Source: Desulfomonilia bacterium (GTDB lineage: Bacteria; Desulfobacterota; Desulfomonilia; UBA1062). Taken from it: a stretch of 64,000 bases of DNA. A program made the translations under genes and the position numbers. Of this stretch, positions 40,697-50,674 are shown in pieces (position 1 is the stretch's first letter; every line of letters begins with the position of its first letter). The stretch is taken from NCBI GenBank assembly GCA_963664325.2, contig CAXXDQ010000004.1, positions 863,693-927,692 on the forward strand. The letters run 5' to 3'. The notes under the pieces are model-generated. The model searched no databases and was not told the DNA's origin. It saw nothing but the letters and a program-made list of their open reading frames with translations.

Positions 40697-40753
40697 CTCT
40701 AACAACCGCATGAACAAGATGTCGAGCCACTCCCGGTTATGCAGGCGTTAAGT
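40697..40753 (+). mobile_element. attC site 3 (57 bp)
   Basis: R'' CTCTAAC, 5 nt, L'' CATGAACA ... L' GGTTATG, 5 nt, R' GTTAAGT. Confidence 0.85.
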
Positions 40754-40951
40754 GGTACCCAAATGGACAATGAAACATAAACAAGGTTGAAGTGCTCGAG
40801 ACTGGTGAATTGCAATTTTATGTATAGTTGGGAACGCCAATGATATTATGACTATTGAAAGTTAGACCAGCTTCAACAAGATCATGCCGCGAAAGCAAGG
40901 AGAAACACAGTATCAGATAAGAAGAGTCAAAGGCATTCAGTTTTACTTAAC
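40748..40951 (+). mobile_element. Probable fourth cassette remnant without a long ORF
   Basis: Begins at G/TTAAGT and ends at the exact complement ACTTAAC (40945-40951); rest of attC not recognisable. Confidence 0.45.
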
Positions 40952-40996
40952 AGCTCAGCAGCATATTCCTATGTCGAGCATGAGTGCAAAGCGGAA

Positions 40997-42265
40997 TCAG
41001 ATGTTGTAGACAACCTTTCCCGACGCAATCGTGGTTGTAACCTTGCCTTTAAATTTCCAGCCGATGAAAGGCGAGTTTTTGGATTTCGAGACGAGCATGT
41101 CCTCGGTCAGGGTCCATTCGGCCTTCGGGTCTACTATCGTTATGTCGGCGCGGGCGCCCTTTTCAATCCTGCCGCCGTCTATGCCCAGTATCCGTGCCGG
41201 ATTGATTGTCACCATCGCAAGGATGTCCATCAAAGGCATTTTGTAGTCATAATGTATCTTCAGGATCGCGGGCAGAAGGGTCTGCAAACCGATGACGCCG
41301 AAAGGTGCAAGGTCGAAATCGAGGTCTTTTTCATCCTTTGAATGCGGCGCATGGTCGGTTGCGATGCAGTCGACCGTGCCCTTGCGCAGGCTTTCGATGA
41401 GCGCCAGCCGGTCGCTTTCAGAGCGCAGCGGCGGATACATCTTGGCGTTTGTGTCGTATGTCCTGACCCTTTCTTCGGTAAGGAGCAGGTTGTGCGGTGT
41501 GACATCGCATGTGACGGGTACGCCGGATTTCTTTGCATCTCTGATCAGGGAGATGCTGCCGTGTGTGGATACGTGGGTGATGTGAATGGGGATAGCGAGT
41601 TCCGCGCTTATCGCGATGTCTCTTGCCACCATTACATCTTCAGCGATATTGGGTATTCCCGGAAGGCCCAGCCTCGATGACAGCGCACTCTCATTCATTA
41701 CGCCTTTTCCCGAAAGGGTCTTGTCCTGGCAGTGAGACATGAACGGAAGGCCGAATGTCGATGCATACTGCAGAGCCCGTCTCATCATGGCCGCTCTTTC
41801 AATAGGGTTGCCGTCATCGGATACGGCAATGATTCCGGCATTTTTCATGAGCCCCATCTCTGAAAGCTCTTTGCCTTCCATGTTCTTTGTGGCAGCCCCG
41901 GCGGGCAGAACCCTTACGAGCCCGGCATCTGCAACTTTCTTCATGATATAGCCTGTTACCGAGGGATTGTCGTTGACCGGCCTCGTATTGGCCATGCAGA
42001 CAACAGTAGTTATCCCACCTGCAGCGGCAGACAGGCTTCCCGAGTATATATCTTCCTTATATTCAAAGCCCGGTTCCCTGAGATGCACATGCATGTCTAT
42101 CAGGCCCGGGATTACCCATTTGCCACTTGCATCAATGCATGGAGTTTTTTTAGATGATTTTCCGCCCTGGTGTACGCCTCTTATAAGCCCATCTTCTATT
42201 TCTATATCGCCTGTTGAGTCTCTCTTTGTTGCAGGGTCGATTATCCTTCCGCCCTTAATCCACAT
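40997..42265 (-). CDS. pyrC: Dihydroorotase
   Basis: PGLIDMHVHLREPG, MANTRP, HITHVST, ATDHAPH, SKSKNSPF. Confidence 0.95.
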   Translation of the reverse strand: MWIKGGRIIDPATKRDSTGDIEIEDGLIRGVHQGGKSSKKTPCIDASGKWVIPGLIDMHVHLREPGFEYKEDIYSGSLSAAAGGITTVVCMANTRPVNDNPSVTGYIMKKVADAGLVRVLPAGAATKNMEGKELSEMGLMKNAGIIAVSDDGNPIERAAMMRRALQYASTFGLPFMSHCQDKTLSGKGVMNESALSSRLGLPGIPNIAEDVMVARDIAISAELAIPIHITHVSTHGSISLIRDAKKSGVPVTCDVTPHNLLLTEERVRTYDTNAKMYPPLRSESDRLALIESLRKGTVDCIATDHAPHSKDEKDLDFDLAPFGVIGLQTLLPAILKIHYDYKMPLMDILAMVTINPARILGIDGGRIEKGARADITIVDPKAEWTLTEDMLVSKSKNSPFIGWKFKGKVTTTIASGKVVYNI

Positions 42266-43184
42266 TGGAACCTCCAAGACAGAGATACATAAGCGCCATG
42301 CGTATTGCCACGCCGTTTTCGACCTGATCGAGGATTATGGCGCGCTCGCAGTCTGCAGCATCGGTATTTATCTCAACTCCGCGGTTCATAGGACCGGGAT
42401 GCATTATCACCGCATTCTTTTTCATCATAGCCACCCTTGACCTGCCCAGCCCGTAAAAGCTAGAATATTCGCGGTCGCCCGGGAACAGGTGTTCGGCAAT
42501 GCGTTCCTTCTGGATTCTGAGCATCATGATTACATCCGCTTTCGGTATGACGGGATCGAATTCCGTGGAGATCGCAGCACCCCAGGATTCGACACCTGGC
42601 GGCAGCAGCGTTTTAGGACCCACAAGCGTCACTTTGGCACCCATCTTCTTCAGTCCGTAGACATTGGAACGTGCGACACGCGAATGCATGATATCGCCTA
42701 CCATAACTACATTCAGGCCTTTGAGCGCGCCGAAATGCTCGCGCATGGAATACATGTCGAGAAGCGCCTGAGTCGGGTGCTCGTGATAACCGTCGCCGGC
42801 GTTTATGACAGAGCAGGGAAGTTCCTTTGCCAGGCGCGGGACCATGCCTGCATAAGGGTATCTCATGACAATGCAGTCCGGCATCATGGCCATGATGTTT
42901 TTTGCCGCATCCATCATGGTCTCGCCCTTTTGAAAGGCGCTCCCTGTCTGGGATATTGCCACGGTATCGGCGCTGAGCCGCTTGGCCGCAATTTCAAAGG
43001 AAAGCCTCGTGCGCGTGCTGGCCTCATAGAAGATAAGGACTATGGTTTTGCCTCTTAATGTAGGGACTTTTTTGATGTCGCGTCTGGAAATTTCCTTGAA
43101 ATTGGGTGTCAGGTCGAAAATAGTGGTGATTTCTTCTGCCTTGAGATCGGCTATTGCAACCAAATCCTTATGCGGCCAGTTCAT
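42255..43184 (-). CDS. pyrB: Aspartate carbamoyltransferase
   Basis: FYEASTRTRLSFE, HEHPTQAL, LRIQKER, MHPGPMNRGVEI. Confidence 0.97.
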   Translation of the reverse strand: MNWPHKDLVAIADLKAEEITTIFDLTPNFKEISRRDIKKVPTLRGKTIVLIFYEASTRTRLSFEIAAKRLSADTVAISQTGSAFQKGETMMDAAKNIMAMMPDCIVMRYPYAGMVPRLAKELPCSVINAGDGYHEHPTQALLDMYSMREHFGALKGLNVVMVGDIMHSRVARSNVYGLKKMGAKVTLVGPKTLLPPGVESWGAAISTEFDPVIPKADVIMMLRIQKERIAEHLFPGDREYSSFYGLGRSRVAMMKKNAVIMHPGPMNRGVEINTDAADCERAIILDQVENGVAIRMALMYLCLGGSNVD

Positions 43185-43720
43185 TTCTTCACCTCGGTTA
43201 TAATTACATTGCCCAGGTTTAAAGTATCCTCAGGCACATTTATTTTTATAACCTTTTTTGAAGGGAGTTCTATCGTCTTACCGATGAAATCCGCCTGTAT
43301 CGGAAGCTCCCGTCCCCCTCTGTCAAACAGCACCAGGAGATATATGCGCTGAGGCCTGCCGAGATCGACGAGATGATCTATTGCCGCCCTGACGGACCGG
43401 CCGGTATTAAGGACATCATCGACCAGGATAATTATTTTGTTCTCAATGTCGAACGGGATGCTGGTTTTTTTAACTTCAGGATAAAAAAGCCTTTTTGAAA
43501 GATCGTCACGGTACAGGGCAATATCCAGTTCTCCGAGCGGGATCTCTCTATGCAGCCTTTTTTTCATGAGCCTGACCAGATGCTCTGCGACGTGTTCCCC
43601 GCCGCTTCTTATGCCGATGAAAGCGATTTTATCCCAGGCCTTGAACCTTGTCTCGAGCTTGTCCGCCAGCTCTTGAAGTATCTCAGCGACTTCACCCGGC
43701 GTCAGAAGAATATCAGTCAC
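43181..43720 (-). CDS. pyrR: Bifunctional pyr regulator / uracil phosphoribosyltransferase
   Basis: LDIALYRDD, VDDVLNTGRSVRAA, DRGGRELPIQAD. Confidence 0.93.
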   Translation of the reverse strand: MTDILLTPGEVAEILQELADKLETRFKAWDKIAFIGIRSGGEHVAEHLVRLMKKRLHREIPLGELDIALYRDDLSKRLFYPEVKKTSIPFDIENKIIILVDDVLNTGRSVRAAIDHLVDLGRPQRIYLLVLFDRGGRELPIQADFIGKTIELPSKKVIKINVPEDTLNLGNVIITEVKK

Positions 43721-43744
43721 AGTATTCCCCCTGTATTTTAGCTG

Positions 43745-44416
43745 TTACTTGACAATATGTCCTATCCTTAACAGTCTTTTGAAAAAATGATCGCTGTCCC
43801 ATGAGAAATAAATTATCAGGGCCTTGCCCTTTACGTTTTCAATCGGCAACTGCCCCCAGAAGCGGCTGTCATAGCTCTGGTCACGGTTGTCGCCCATGAC
43901 AAAAATATAACCCGGCTTTATAATGGTTTCCGGCATGTTGTCCCTTATAACCGATATGCCCCTGTCGACTATGAGCGGGTCCGTATATTTCTCATGGCCC
44001 TGGACATATTCCTTTCCGTTAATAAAAACCTTTTTATTAACTATTGCAACAGTCTCTCCGGGCAGGCCGACAACACGTTTCACAAAATCCATTTCATGGT
44101 TCTGGGGAAACGTGAATATGATTATATCTCCGCGCTTCGGGACAATGTCCTTCCCGAATATTTTATATGTGGCAAAAGGTACCGTAACGCCGTAGTTGTA
44201 TTTGGTTGCAAGTATGTGATCGCCCTTTAAAAGCGTATCTTCCATCGATGAAGACGGGATCCGGTAGGCCTGTATTAGAAAAGCCCTGATGATCAGGGCA
44301 AGGATAAGCGCAAAAATAAGAGCTTCTCCCCATTCCCTGAGCTGCCCTTTATTCTCGGCTTTTTTCTTTACAGGTTCCTGGATGTCCGTACCTGGAATTG
44401 ATTGCTTATTATTCAA
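43745..44416 (-). CDS. lepB: Signal peptidase I (copy 2)
   Basis: IPSSSMEDTL, FVKRVVGLPG, MGDNRDQSYDSRFWG. Confidence 0.95.
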   Translation of the reverse strand: MNNKQSIPGTDIQEPVKKKAENKGQLREWGEALIFALILALIIRAFLIQAYRIPSSSMEDTLLKGDHILATKYNYGVTVPFATYKIFGKDIVPKRGDIIIFTFPQNHEMDFVKRVVGLPGETVAIVNKKVFINGKEYVQGHEKYTDPLIVDRGISVIRDNMPETIIKPGYIFVMGDNRDQSYDSRFWGQLPIENVKGKALIIYFSWDSDHFFKRLLRIGHIVK

Positions 44417-44437
44417 TATATCCCCCTGTGGTAAAAG

Positions 44438-45061
44438 TTATTTTATCAAGCTTCCGATGCGTGCAAATCTGGGCCTGCCGAGGATGTCGTCCCATGAAAA
44501 ATAGATTATCCTGGCCTTGCCCTTGATGTATTCAACAGGAAGCTGTCCCCAGAACCGGCTGTCATAGCTCTGGTCACGGTTGTCACCCATGGCGAAAACA
44601 TAACCCGGTTTAATTTTTATTAAACCCGAATTGTCACGGATGCTGCTGGGCCCCTGCGTCAGGTCAAGGTTGTCTGTGTGTTTTTCATGCCCGTTAATAT
44701 ATTCCCTGCCGTTGATGTAAACCTTTTTATGGATTACCTGAATGGTGTCACCGGGAAGCCCTATTACACGCTTGACGAAATCAAGTGACTTGTTCTTGGG
44801 GAATGTAAAGATGACTATATCGCCACGGCTGGGGACAATATTTTTACCCCATATTTTCGTGGTGGTGAACGGTATCGTCAGGCCGTAATTATATTTTGTG
44901 GCCATGATGTGGTCGCCCTTTAAGAGCGAGTCTTCCATTGAGGAAGAGGGTATGCGGTACGGGTGAAGGATAAACGCCCTGATGACAAACGCCAGGACCA
45001 GTGCGAAAACGAAAGCTTCTATCCATTCCCTGCCCTGGCTCTTCTTTTTCTCTATAAGCAA
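44438..45061 (-). CDS. lepB: Signal peptidase I (copy 1)
   Basis: IPSSSMEDSL, FVKRVIGLPG, MGDNRDQSYDSRFWG. Confidence 0.95.
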   Translation of the reverse strand: MLIEKKKSQGREWIEAFVFALVLAFVIRAFILHPYRIPSSSMEDSLLKGDHIMATKYNYGLTIPFTTTKIWGKNIVPSRGDIVIFTFPKNKSLDFVKRVIGLPGDTIQVIHKKVYINGREYINGHEKHTDNLDLTQGPSSIRDNSGLIKIKPGYVFAMGDNRDQSYDSRFWGQLPVEYIKGKARIIYFSWDDILGRPRFARIGSLIK

Positions 45062-46858
45062 CTACTCCTCCTTTATACTGAGGATTGCAAGGAATGCCTC
45101 CTGCGGTATGTCAACCCTGCCAAGGCGTTTCATGCGCTTTTTGCCTTCTTTCTGCTTTTCAAGCAGTTTCCTTTTTCTTGTTATATCACCGCCATAGCAT
45201 TTTGCAGTAACATTTTTTCTCATGGGTTTTACCGTTTCACGGGCGATCACCCTGCCGCCTATGGCGGCCTGCACGTCCACCTCGAACATCTGCCGGGGAA
45301 TGACGCGCTTGATCCTCAGCGCCAGGTCGCGGCCCCGCTCATAAGCCATATCCCTGTGGACAATCATGGAGAGAGCATCCACAGGGTCACCGTTAATAAG
45401 TATATTGAGCCTTACGAGGGGTGAGATCTTGTAGTCCAGCGGTTCATAATCCAGCGAGGCATAGCCGCGGCTTATGGTCTTCAGTTTGCCGAAGAAATCA
45501 AGGAGCACTTCATTCAGAGGCAGGTCAAAGGTCAGTATGACCCTGTTCCCTGCATAATAGTGAAGTTCTTTCTGTATGCCGCGCTTTTCAAGACAGAGTG
45601 CAAGAATCCCTCCGACATATTCTGCAGGCGTGTGAATCTGCGCCCTTATATACGGCTCTTCAATGTGGTCGATATTCTGTGCATCGGGAAGTGCTGATGG
45701 GTTATGAACTTCGAGTACCTCGCCCTTTGTTGTCTTTACCTTATATACAACCGTCGGGGCCGTGATGATAAGAGAGAGTTTGAACTCCCGTTCAAGCCTT
45801 TCCTGGATGATCTCCATATGAAGCAGTCCCAGGAACCCGCACCTGAAACCGAACCCGAGCGCAGGACTGCTCTCGGGCTCAAAGATAAGGGATGCATCGT
45901 TCAAGGAAAGCTTTTCTATCGCGTCCCTCAATTCTGAATATTCGACATTGTCCGCCGGGTATAATCCGGCGAACACCATCGGCTGGATTTCGCGGAAACC
46001 TGGTATCTGTTCCGTCGCCCCGTCCTTTGCCGTGGTTATCGTATCGCCTACATGGACATCTCTGATTTCCCTGATCGCGCCGGCAAGAAATCCAACATCT
46101 CCGGCGCTGAGTTCCTTGATGTCCATTGCATCGGGGGAAAAAACGCCCAGACGGGCAACCTCATAAACGGCGCCTGTCGCCATGAACTTTATCTTCATGC
46201 CGGGAGACACACGACCCTGCATGACCCTGAAAAGCGCTATCACGCCCTGGTAGGAGTCGTACCAGCAGTCGAATATCAGGGCTGACAGCGGGGCGTCGGG
46301 GTCTGCCTTGGGCGGCGGTATGCGCTTTACAATTGCCTCAAGGACTTCTCCGGTACCGATTCCGGTCTTTGCAGAAATAGACAGGGCCGCCTCCCTGGCC
46401 GGAACGCCGACAATTTCTTCTATCTCTTCTATTATTACATCCGGCCTTGCCGAGGCCAGATCGACCTTGTTAATTATGGGGATTATCTCAAGGCCCTGAT
46501 CGATCGCCAGGTATGCATTCGCAAGCGTCTGGGCCTCGACCCCCTGCGTGGCGTCAACAAGAAGCAGCGCACCTTCGCAGGCGGCCAGCGCGCGGGAGAC
46601 TTCATAGGAAAAATCAACATGCCCGGGCGTGTCTATGAGGTTGAGAATATAATTTTTCCCGTCTTCCGCCTTAAACGGCATCCTTACCGTCTGCGCCTTT
46701 ATAGTGATGCCCTTTTCCCGTTCGATGTCCATGCGGTCGAGGTACTGCTCTGCACCGCCTTTTTTGATTAGGCCGGTATTCTCCATCAGCCTGTCCGCAA
46801 GGGTGGACTTGCCGTGGTCGATATGCGCGATGATGGCAAAATTCCTGATATTTTCCAT
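45062..46858 (-). CDS. lepA: Elongation factor 4
   Basis: [59 protein letters not shown]. Confidence 0.98.
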   Translation of the reverse strand: MENIRNFAIIAHIDHGKSTLADRLMENTGLIKKGGAEQYLDRMDIEREKGITIKAQTVRMPFKAEDGKNYILNLIDTPGHVDFSYEVSRALAACEGALLLVDATQGVEAQTLANAYLAIDQGLEIIPIINKVDLASARPDVIIEEIEEIVGVPAREAALSISAKTGIGTGEVLEAIVKRIPPPKADPDAPLSALIFDCWYDSYQGVIALFRVMQGRVSPGMKIKFMATGAVYEVARLGVFSPDAMDIKELSAGDVGFLAGAIREIRDVHVGDTITTAKDGATEQIPGFREIQPMVFAGLYPADNVEYSELRDAIEKLSLNDASLIFEPESSPALGFGFRCGFLGLLHMEIIQERLEREFKLSLIITAPTVVYKVKTTKGEVLEVHNPSALPDAQNIDHIEEPYIRAQIHTPAEYVGGILALCLEKRGIQKELHYYAGNRVILTFDLPLNEVLLDFFGKLKTISRGYASLDYEPLDYKISPLVRLNILINGDPVDALSMIVHRDMAYERGRDLALRIKRVIPRQMFEVDVQAAIGGRVIARETVKPMRKNVTAKCYGGDITRKRKLLEKQKEGKKRMKRLGRVDIPQEAFLAILSIKEE

Positions 46859-47199
46859 AGTTTCTGAAGAAGCTTAATGCCTTTGGCGGGCTCATTTTGT
46901 CAATAGCGCACTTCGCTTTATAGGTTAAGCTGGTTCAGTGATCATATTTTTATCAGCTCTAATCTAAAAACCCGAATTTTGTGAACTCAAAAACAAGTAT
47001 ATGATGCTGAAGATTATTACCCGTGACAAACAGGTGCTTGATATATCAGGACTGTGTCAAGGGGACTAGCCTCATAGGTTCTTTCATTCCGGTTCAAATA
47101 AAGAAGAAACAATATTCTGACTGGGCGCATTTTTTGCGCATACAGTCCGGAATAAATTTTTAGTAAATTGACAATAGAATCTGTTGCACTCTTACAAAC

Positions 47200-47227
47200 A
47201 AAAACAGGCGCTGAATAAGCGCCTGTT
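47200..47227 (-). terminator. Intrinsic terminator after the FkbM gene
   Basis: Minus strand aacaggcgct-tattc-agcgcctgttttt. Confidence 0.7.
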
Positions 47228-47254
47228 CGGTCCGAACCGGATTTTTAAATGAGA

Positions 47255-48145
47255 TTAGCAGCTTGGATTGTCAGGAAGGATCCGAATAATCAATTTGTAA
47301 AGGGTGTTGCTGTATCTTTTACTGAAATCCAAAAGATTGGCGGATAAGCTTTTGTGTATTTTCACTTGGGGTAATTCAGGGACAAAGCCTGTTGCAGGCA
47401 ATGATGAAATTAACCGTGAGTTCATATATTTGACCTGGCCTACATTATAAGATGTGGCTTTTGACGAAACGACATGAAATCCTTTCAGTATGTTGTCGAT
47501 AGTCCGGCGGTCCTTTTCAGAATGATATTCGAGAAGGATGTAATCAATTGCATCCAGACGGTGTCTGATATTTTCCAGTATATCCACCTCACACCCCTCT
47601 GTATCTATCTTTAAAACATTTAATTCAGTTATGTTAAGTTTATCAAACTCCGAATTTGATTCTTTAAGCGGGATGTTAATTGTTTTTTTTATATCCGATA
47701 CATCAGTCGGGGTCGCTTTTATCGAGTTTTCTCCGGTATTTTCATTATTCAAATACATCTTGGCGATACCTTCGGAACTGAACAGGCCATATGGATAAAT
47801 ACTAATACCTTTTATGCTCCCCACATTTTTCTTGAGAAGGTTAAGAGTTCCGGGCGATGGTTCAAAACAATAGATAACATTCTCGGGATTAAGACATTTC
47901 ATGTATATGGCGAATAACCCGATGTTGGCCCCGACATCGATAATTGTTAAGGGTTTATTTTGAGTGTTTAACCGCATGATTGAATATATCTGTTCATGGA
48001 ATATTTCCTTTATCCGGAATACTTCATTAATAGGAATCAAGACTGGGAAAACTGCATCCTTTTTCACGATATTGAATTTGACAATCTTTGACGGAATATC
48101 TGCAAATGAGCTGTTTTCAGCGGCATGCTCTATACTGTCAGTCAT
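47255..48145 (-). CDS. FkbM-family SAM methyltransferase
   Basis: IIDVGANIG, FEPSP, LKIDTEGCE, LEYH. Confidence 0.88.
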   Translation of the reverse strand: MTDSIEHAAENSSFADIPSKIVKFNIVKKDAVFPVLIPINEVFRIKEIFHEQIYSIMRLNTQNKPLTIIDVGANIGLFAIYMKCLNPENVIYCFEPSPGTLNLLKKNVGSIKGISIYPYGLFSSEGIAKMYLNNENTGENSIKATPTDVSDIKKTINIPLKESNSEFDKLNITELNVLKIDTEGCEVDILENIRHRLDAIDYILLEYHSEKDRRTIDNILKGFHVVSSKATSYNVGQVKYMNSRLISSLPATGFVPELPQVKIHKSLSANLLDFSKRYSNTLYKLIIRILPDNPSC

Positions 48146-48225
48146 GATTTATTCCTCCATTGAAGAAAGGTTAGGGACACTGTTGCGTGAGGTATTAGAA
48201 CAGGTTCCATATTTTCATATATAGC

Positions 48226-49140
48226 TCATTTTAATATTTCTATTAATGCCCTGGAACGGGCGATAAAATATATAAAATAAAGAATGATCAGGTGTAAAAA
48301 ATATTTCATGTTGCGATACTGATATGCACGATACCCTGCTGTAATACATGGGACCCATCCGCAAAAAGCGAGCAAGCTGGAAATACTTCTTCCTCTTTTT
48401 AAAAAGAATGGGAACATTACAAAAAATGCTGATACACTCATAAAAAATGCAATAGTCATTAATAAAGGCTTATCCCAGAATGAATGTCTGAAAGTACCCA
48501 TCATCCCCAGTGCATGCCATTTCTGCTTTCTGTAAAAATCCCTTAATGTCTTTGGATTGCCCAGATGGATGCATTCAACCCCGGGATCTTCAATGATTGT
48601 ATATCCATTGCCGTTGAGCCGCCAGCCCAGTTCAGCATCTTCACCGGTGATGAGCTTTCCGTCGAATCCACCCACATGGGAAAACGCCTCCTTTTTTATG
48701 GCGAAATTTCCTGAATTTACATATTTGGCCGGGGAGGCTTCAGTTGTTTTCTGTGAGAACCATGCCTTCTCTATCCATACCGCATTTTCAGGGATTTCGT
48801 ATCTGGATCCTACAGCTGCAATCCCCTTATCTTCAAGATTTCTTATGACTTCTGCCCTCCAGCCGGATGAGATTATGCAATCAGCGTCGATAAACGCCAG
48901 AATGTCACCCTGAGAACGGTTTGCCCCATAATTTCTCAAATATCCGATAGTGCCGTCAGGACAATGCAATATGACAACATTCTCAATCCGGCTGGCAATA
49001 GATACCGAATCGTCTGTGGAACCATTATCAATGACTATGACTTCATCCCCCGGCTTCATCTCGGCGAGGATAGCCTCAAGACACCTCCTGATATATTTAC
49101 CGGCATTCTTCATCGGAATAATGAAACTGATTTTCTTCAT
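48226..49140 (-). CDS. GT2 glycosyltransferase
   Basis: SFIIP, IDNGSTD, RNYGA, FIDAD, GEDAEL. Confidence 0.92.
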   Translation of the reverse strand: MKKISFIIPMKNAGKYIRRCLEAILAEMKPGDEVIVIDNGSTDDSVSIASRIENVVILHCPDGTIGYLRNYGANRSQGDILAFIDADCIISSGWRAEVIRNLEDKGIAAVGSRYEIPENAVWIEKAWFSQKTTEASPAKYVNSGNFAIKKEAFSHVGGFDGKLITGEDAELGWRLNGNGYTIIEDPGVECIHLGNPKTLRDFYRKQKWHALGMMGTFRHSFWDKPLLMTIAFFMSVSAFFVMFPFFLKRGRSISSLLAFCGWVPCITAGYRAYQYRNMKYFLHLIILYFIYFIARSRALIEILK

Positions 49141-49220
49141 AATGGCTCCTTGTATATGATATTGAAGAAAAGCCTTAAGAAGTCATCAAATGGTTTTGAA
49201 CAAAAAGATTTTTGACAGGC

Positions 49221-49254
49221 AAAGAAGGCCTCCCGCTTTTCATGAGGGGAGGCC
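49221..49254 (-). terminator. Probable terminator after the beta-helix gene
   Basis: ggcctccc..gggaggcc stem followed by ttcttt on the minus strand. Confidence 0.55.
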
Positions 49255-49270
49255 CCTGAAGATAATGGGA

Positions 49271-50569
49271 TTACTTCAGCTGTACTGATACTCCTCCGGG
49301 TTTAGCTGGTGGTGTCGTATCACTTTCTGAAGTTTGTAATGCATTGATACCGACCTTGGTAACATCAGCTCCGATGTCTTTGCCGTCGCTTGCGGTATTT
49401 TTGCCAGGACTGCTGCTTGCGAGAGCGAATCCTGAAATAGTGGACGGAGAAGACCCGCCGGCAAAGACCGGAGATTTGTTAGCCAAGTCATTAGCCCCGA
49501 TAGCCGCCCCGCTTGTGTACATGTTGTAATTCCAGGTGTTTGATGTGCCGCATGTTGTGCGTGCTGTGCATATGTTATTGGTGACGGTGTTGTATGAGCT
49601 TCCCCCATTGCTTATGAAGGAAAGGCTGCTGGTAATAGTATTGTGGTCGATGGTGCAGTAATTGCCGTTAACAGACCCGCCTGTTTGCGCATCCTCACCT
49701 AAGTTTATATATGTGCTTAAAATGTTATTGCTGATTATCGTATAGTTTGTGTTTATATTAATCGATGCGTTTCCATTCCCCCCGCTTGGATGCATGCCAT
49801 GAATATAATTGTTCTTTACAGTATCTCCGTGATTGGAATAGTTTATAGACGAATGTTTCAGATATATCCCATGCCTGACCTGAGATATGTCATTGTTTTC
49901 CAGATGGAAAGCATCCGCACCGAAAACCATGATGCCCGAGTAGTTCTGGTTCAATCCTGAAGCGTTGGACGCTCCGGTAATTGTGCAATTTTTGATGGTT
50001 ATATTGGTTGCCCTGACACCGGCATATGATGAACCGACATAGAACGCGCAAGCATTATCGCCGGTTCTCCAGTTTGTAACGGTTACATTGTCAGCTTCAA
50101 ATCCGATAACAGCATAATCACTGTCATACCATCCTATCCCTATTCCTCTTGCAGCATAGCCGTTGCAGTTGAAAGTCAAGTTTTTAACTTGTTGGTAATT
50201 TTTTGCAAGCTGCAGCATTATATCAATCGATGCGGTAGCTCTTATAACTGCTGATTCTCCAGTATATGACTGAAACGTTATCCATGCCCCGCTCGTCCCG
50301 CTGTTGCCTGAATGGTTGGTATCAATCAGTGAGGTAATGTCATATGTGCCGGCACGGAAGTTCACAACGTCGCCAGCCTGCGCCATGTCCCAGGCGTGCT
50401 GGGGGGTCAGCCATGGATGAGAAATATCATTATTTGCATAGGAGACAGAATCGTTCCCTGTCGTGGCAACGAAAAGGTTCTTGGCCCATGAATTGCTTGA
50501 GAGTGTAACCGAAACAACAAAAAATACGATGGCAACCCTCATGGCCTTTAAAATTCTTTTCTGATTCAT
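49271..50569 (-). CDS. Secreted right-handed parallel beta-helix protein (PL9/pectate lyase-like)
   Basis: Signal peptide; FVATTGND..PWLT..A..AQAGDVV.FRAGTY; Asn/Thr-rich NN.I repeats; C-terminal DTTPPAKPGGV. Confidence 0.8.
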   Translation of the reverse strand: MNQKRILKAMRVAIVFFVVSVTLSSNSWAKNLFVATTGNDSVSYANNDISHPWLTPQHAWDMAQAGDVVNFRAGTYDITSLIDTNHSGNSGTSGAWITFQSYTGESAVIRATASIDIMLQLAKNYQQVKNLTFNCNGYAARGIGIGWYDSDYAVIGFEADNVTVTNWRTGDNACAFYVGSSYAGVRATNITIKNCTITGASNASGLNQNYSGIMVFGADAFHLENNDISQVRHGIYLKHSSINYSNHGDTVKNNYIHGMHPSGGNGNASININTNYTIISNNILSTYINLGEDAQTGGSVNGNYCTIDHNTITSSLSFISNGGSSYNTVTNNICTARTTCGTSNTWNYNMYTSGAAIGANDLANKSPVFAGGSSPSTISGFALASSSPGKNTASDGKDIGADVTKVGINALQTSESDTTPPAKPGGVSVQLK

Positions 50570-50611
50570 CTAGGACTCCTTTGTTGGTAATTTTATCATA
50601 CTTTCATCACA

Positions 50612-50627
50612 AGCAATTGCCATGCCA
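50612..50627 (-). promoter_or_regulatory. Sigma54 (-24/-12) promoter
   Basis: Minus strand TGGCATGGCAATTGCT matches TGGCAC-N5-TTGCW, about 40 nt upstream of the beta-helix ATG. Confidence 0.75.
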
Positions 50628-50674
50628 TCATTGATTATATTATAATACATTAAAATTACGTATGAACAGAAATT

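Noticed and set aside
43721-43744. PyrR attenuator leader
   Set aside because: Only 24 nt separate lepB from pyrR, leaving no room for a binding loop or terminator.
46860-47200. Possible ncRNA or riboswitch upstream of lepA
   Set aside because: Only short hairpins and promoter-like hexamers; no recognisable family motif.
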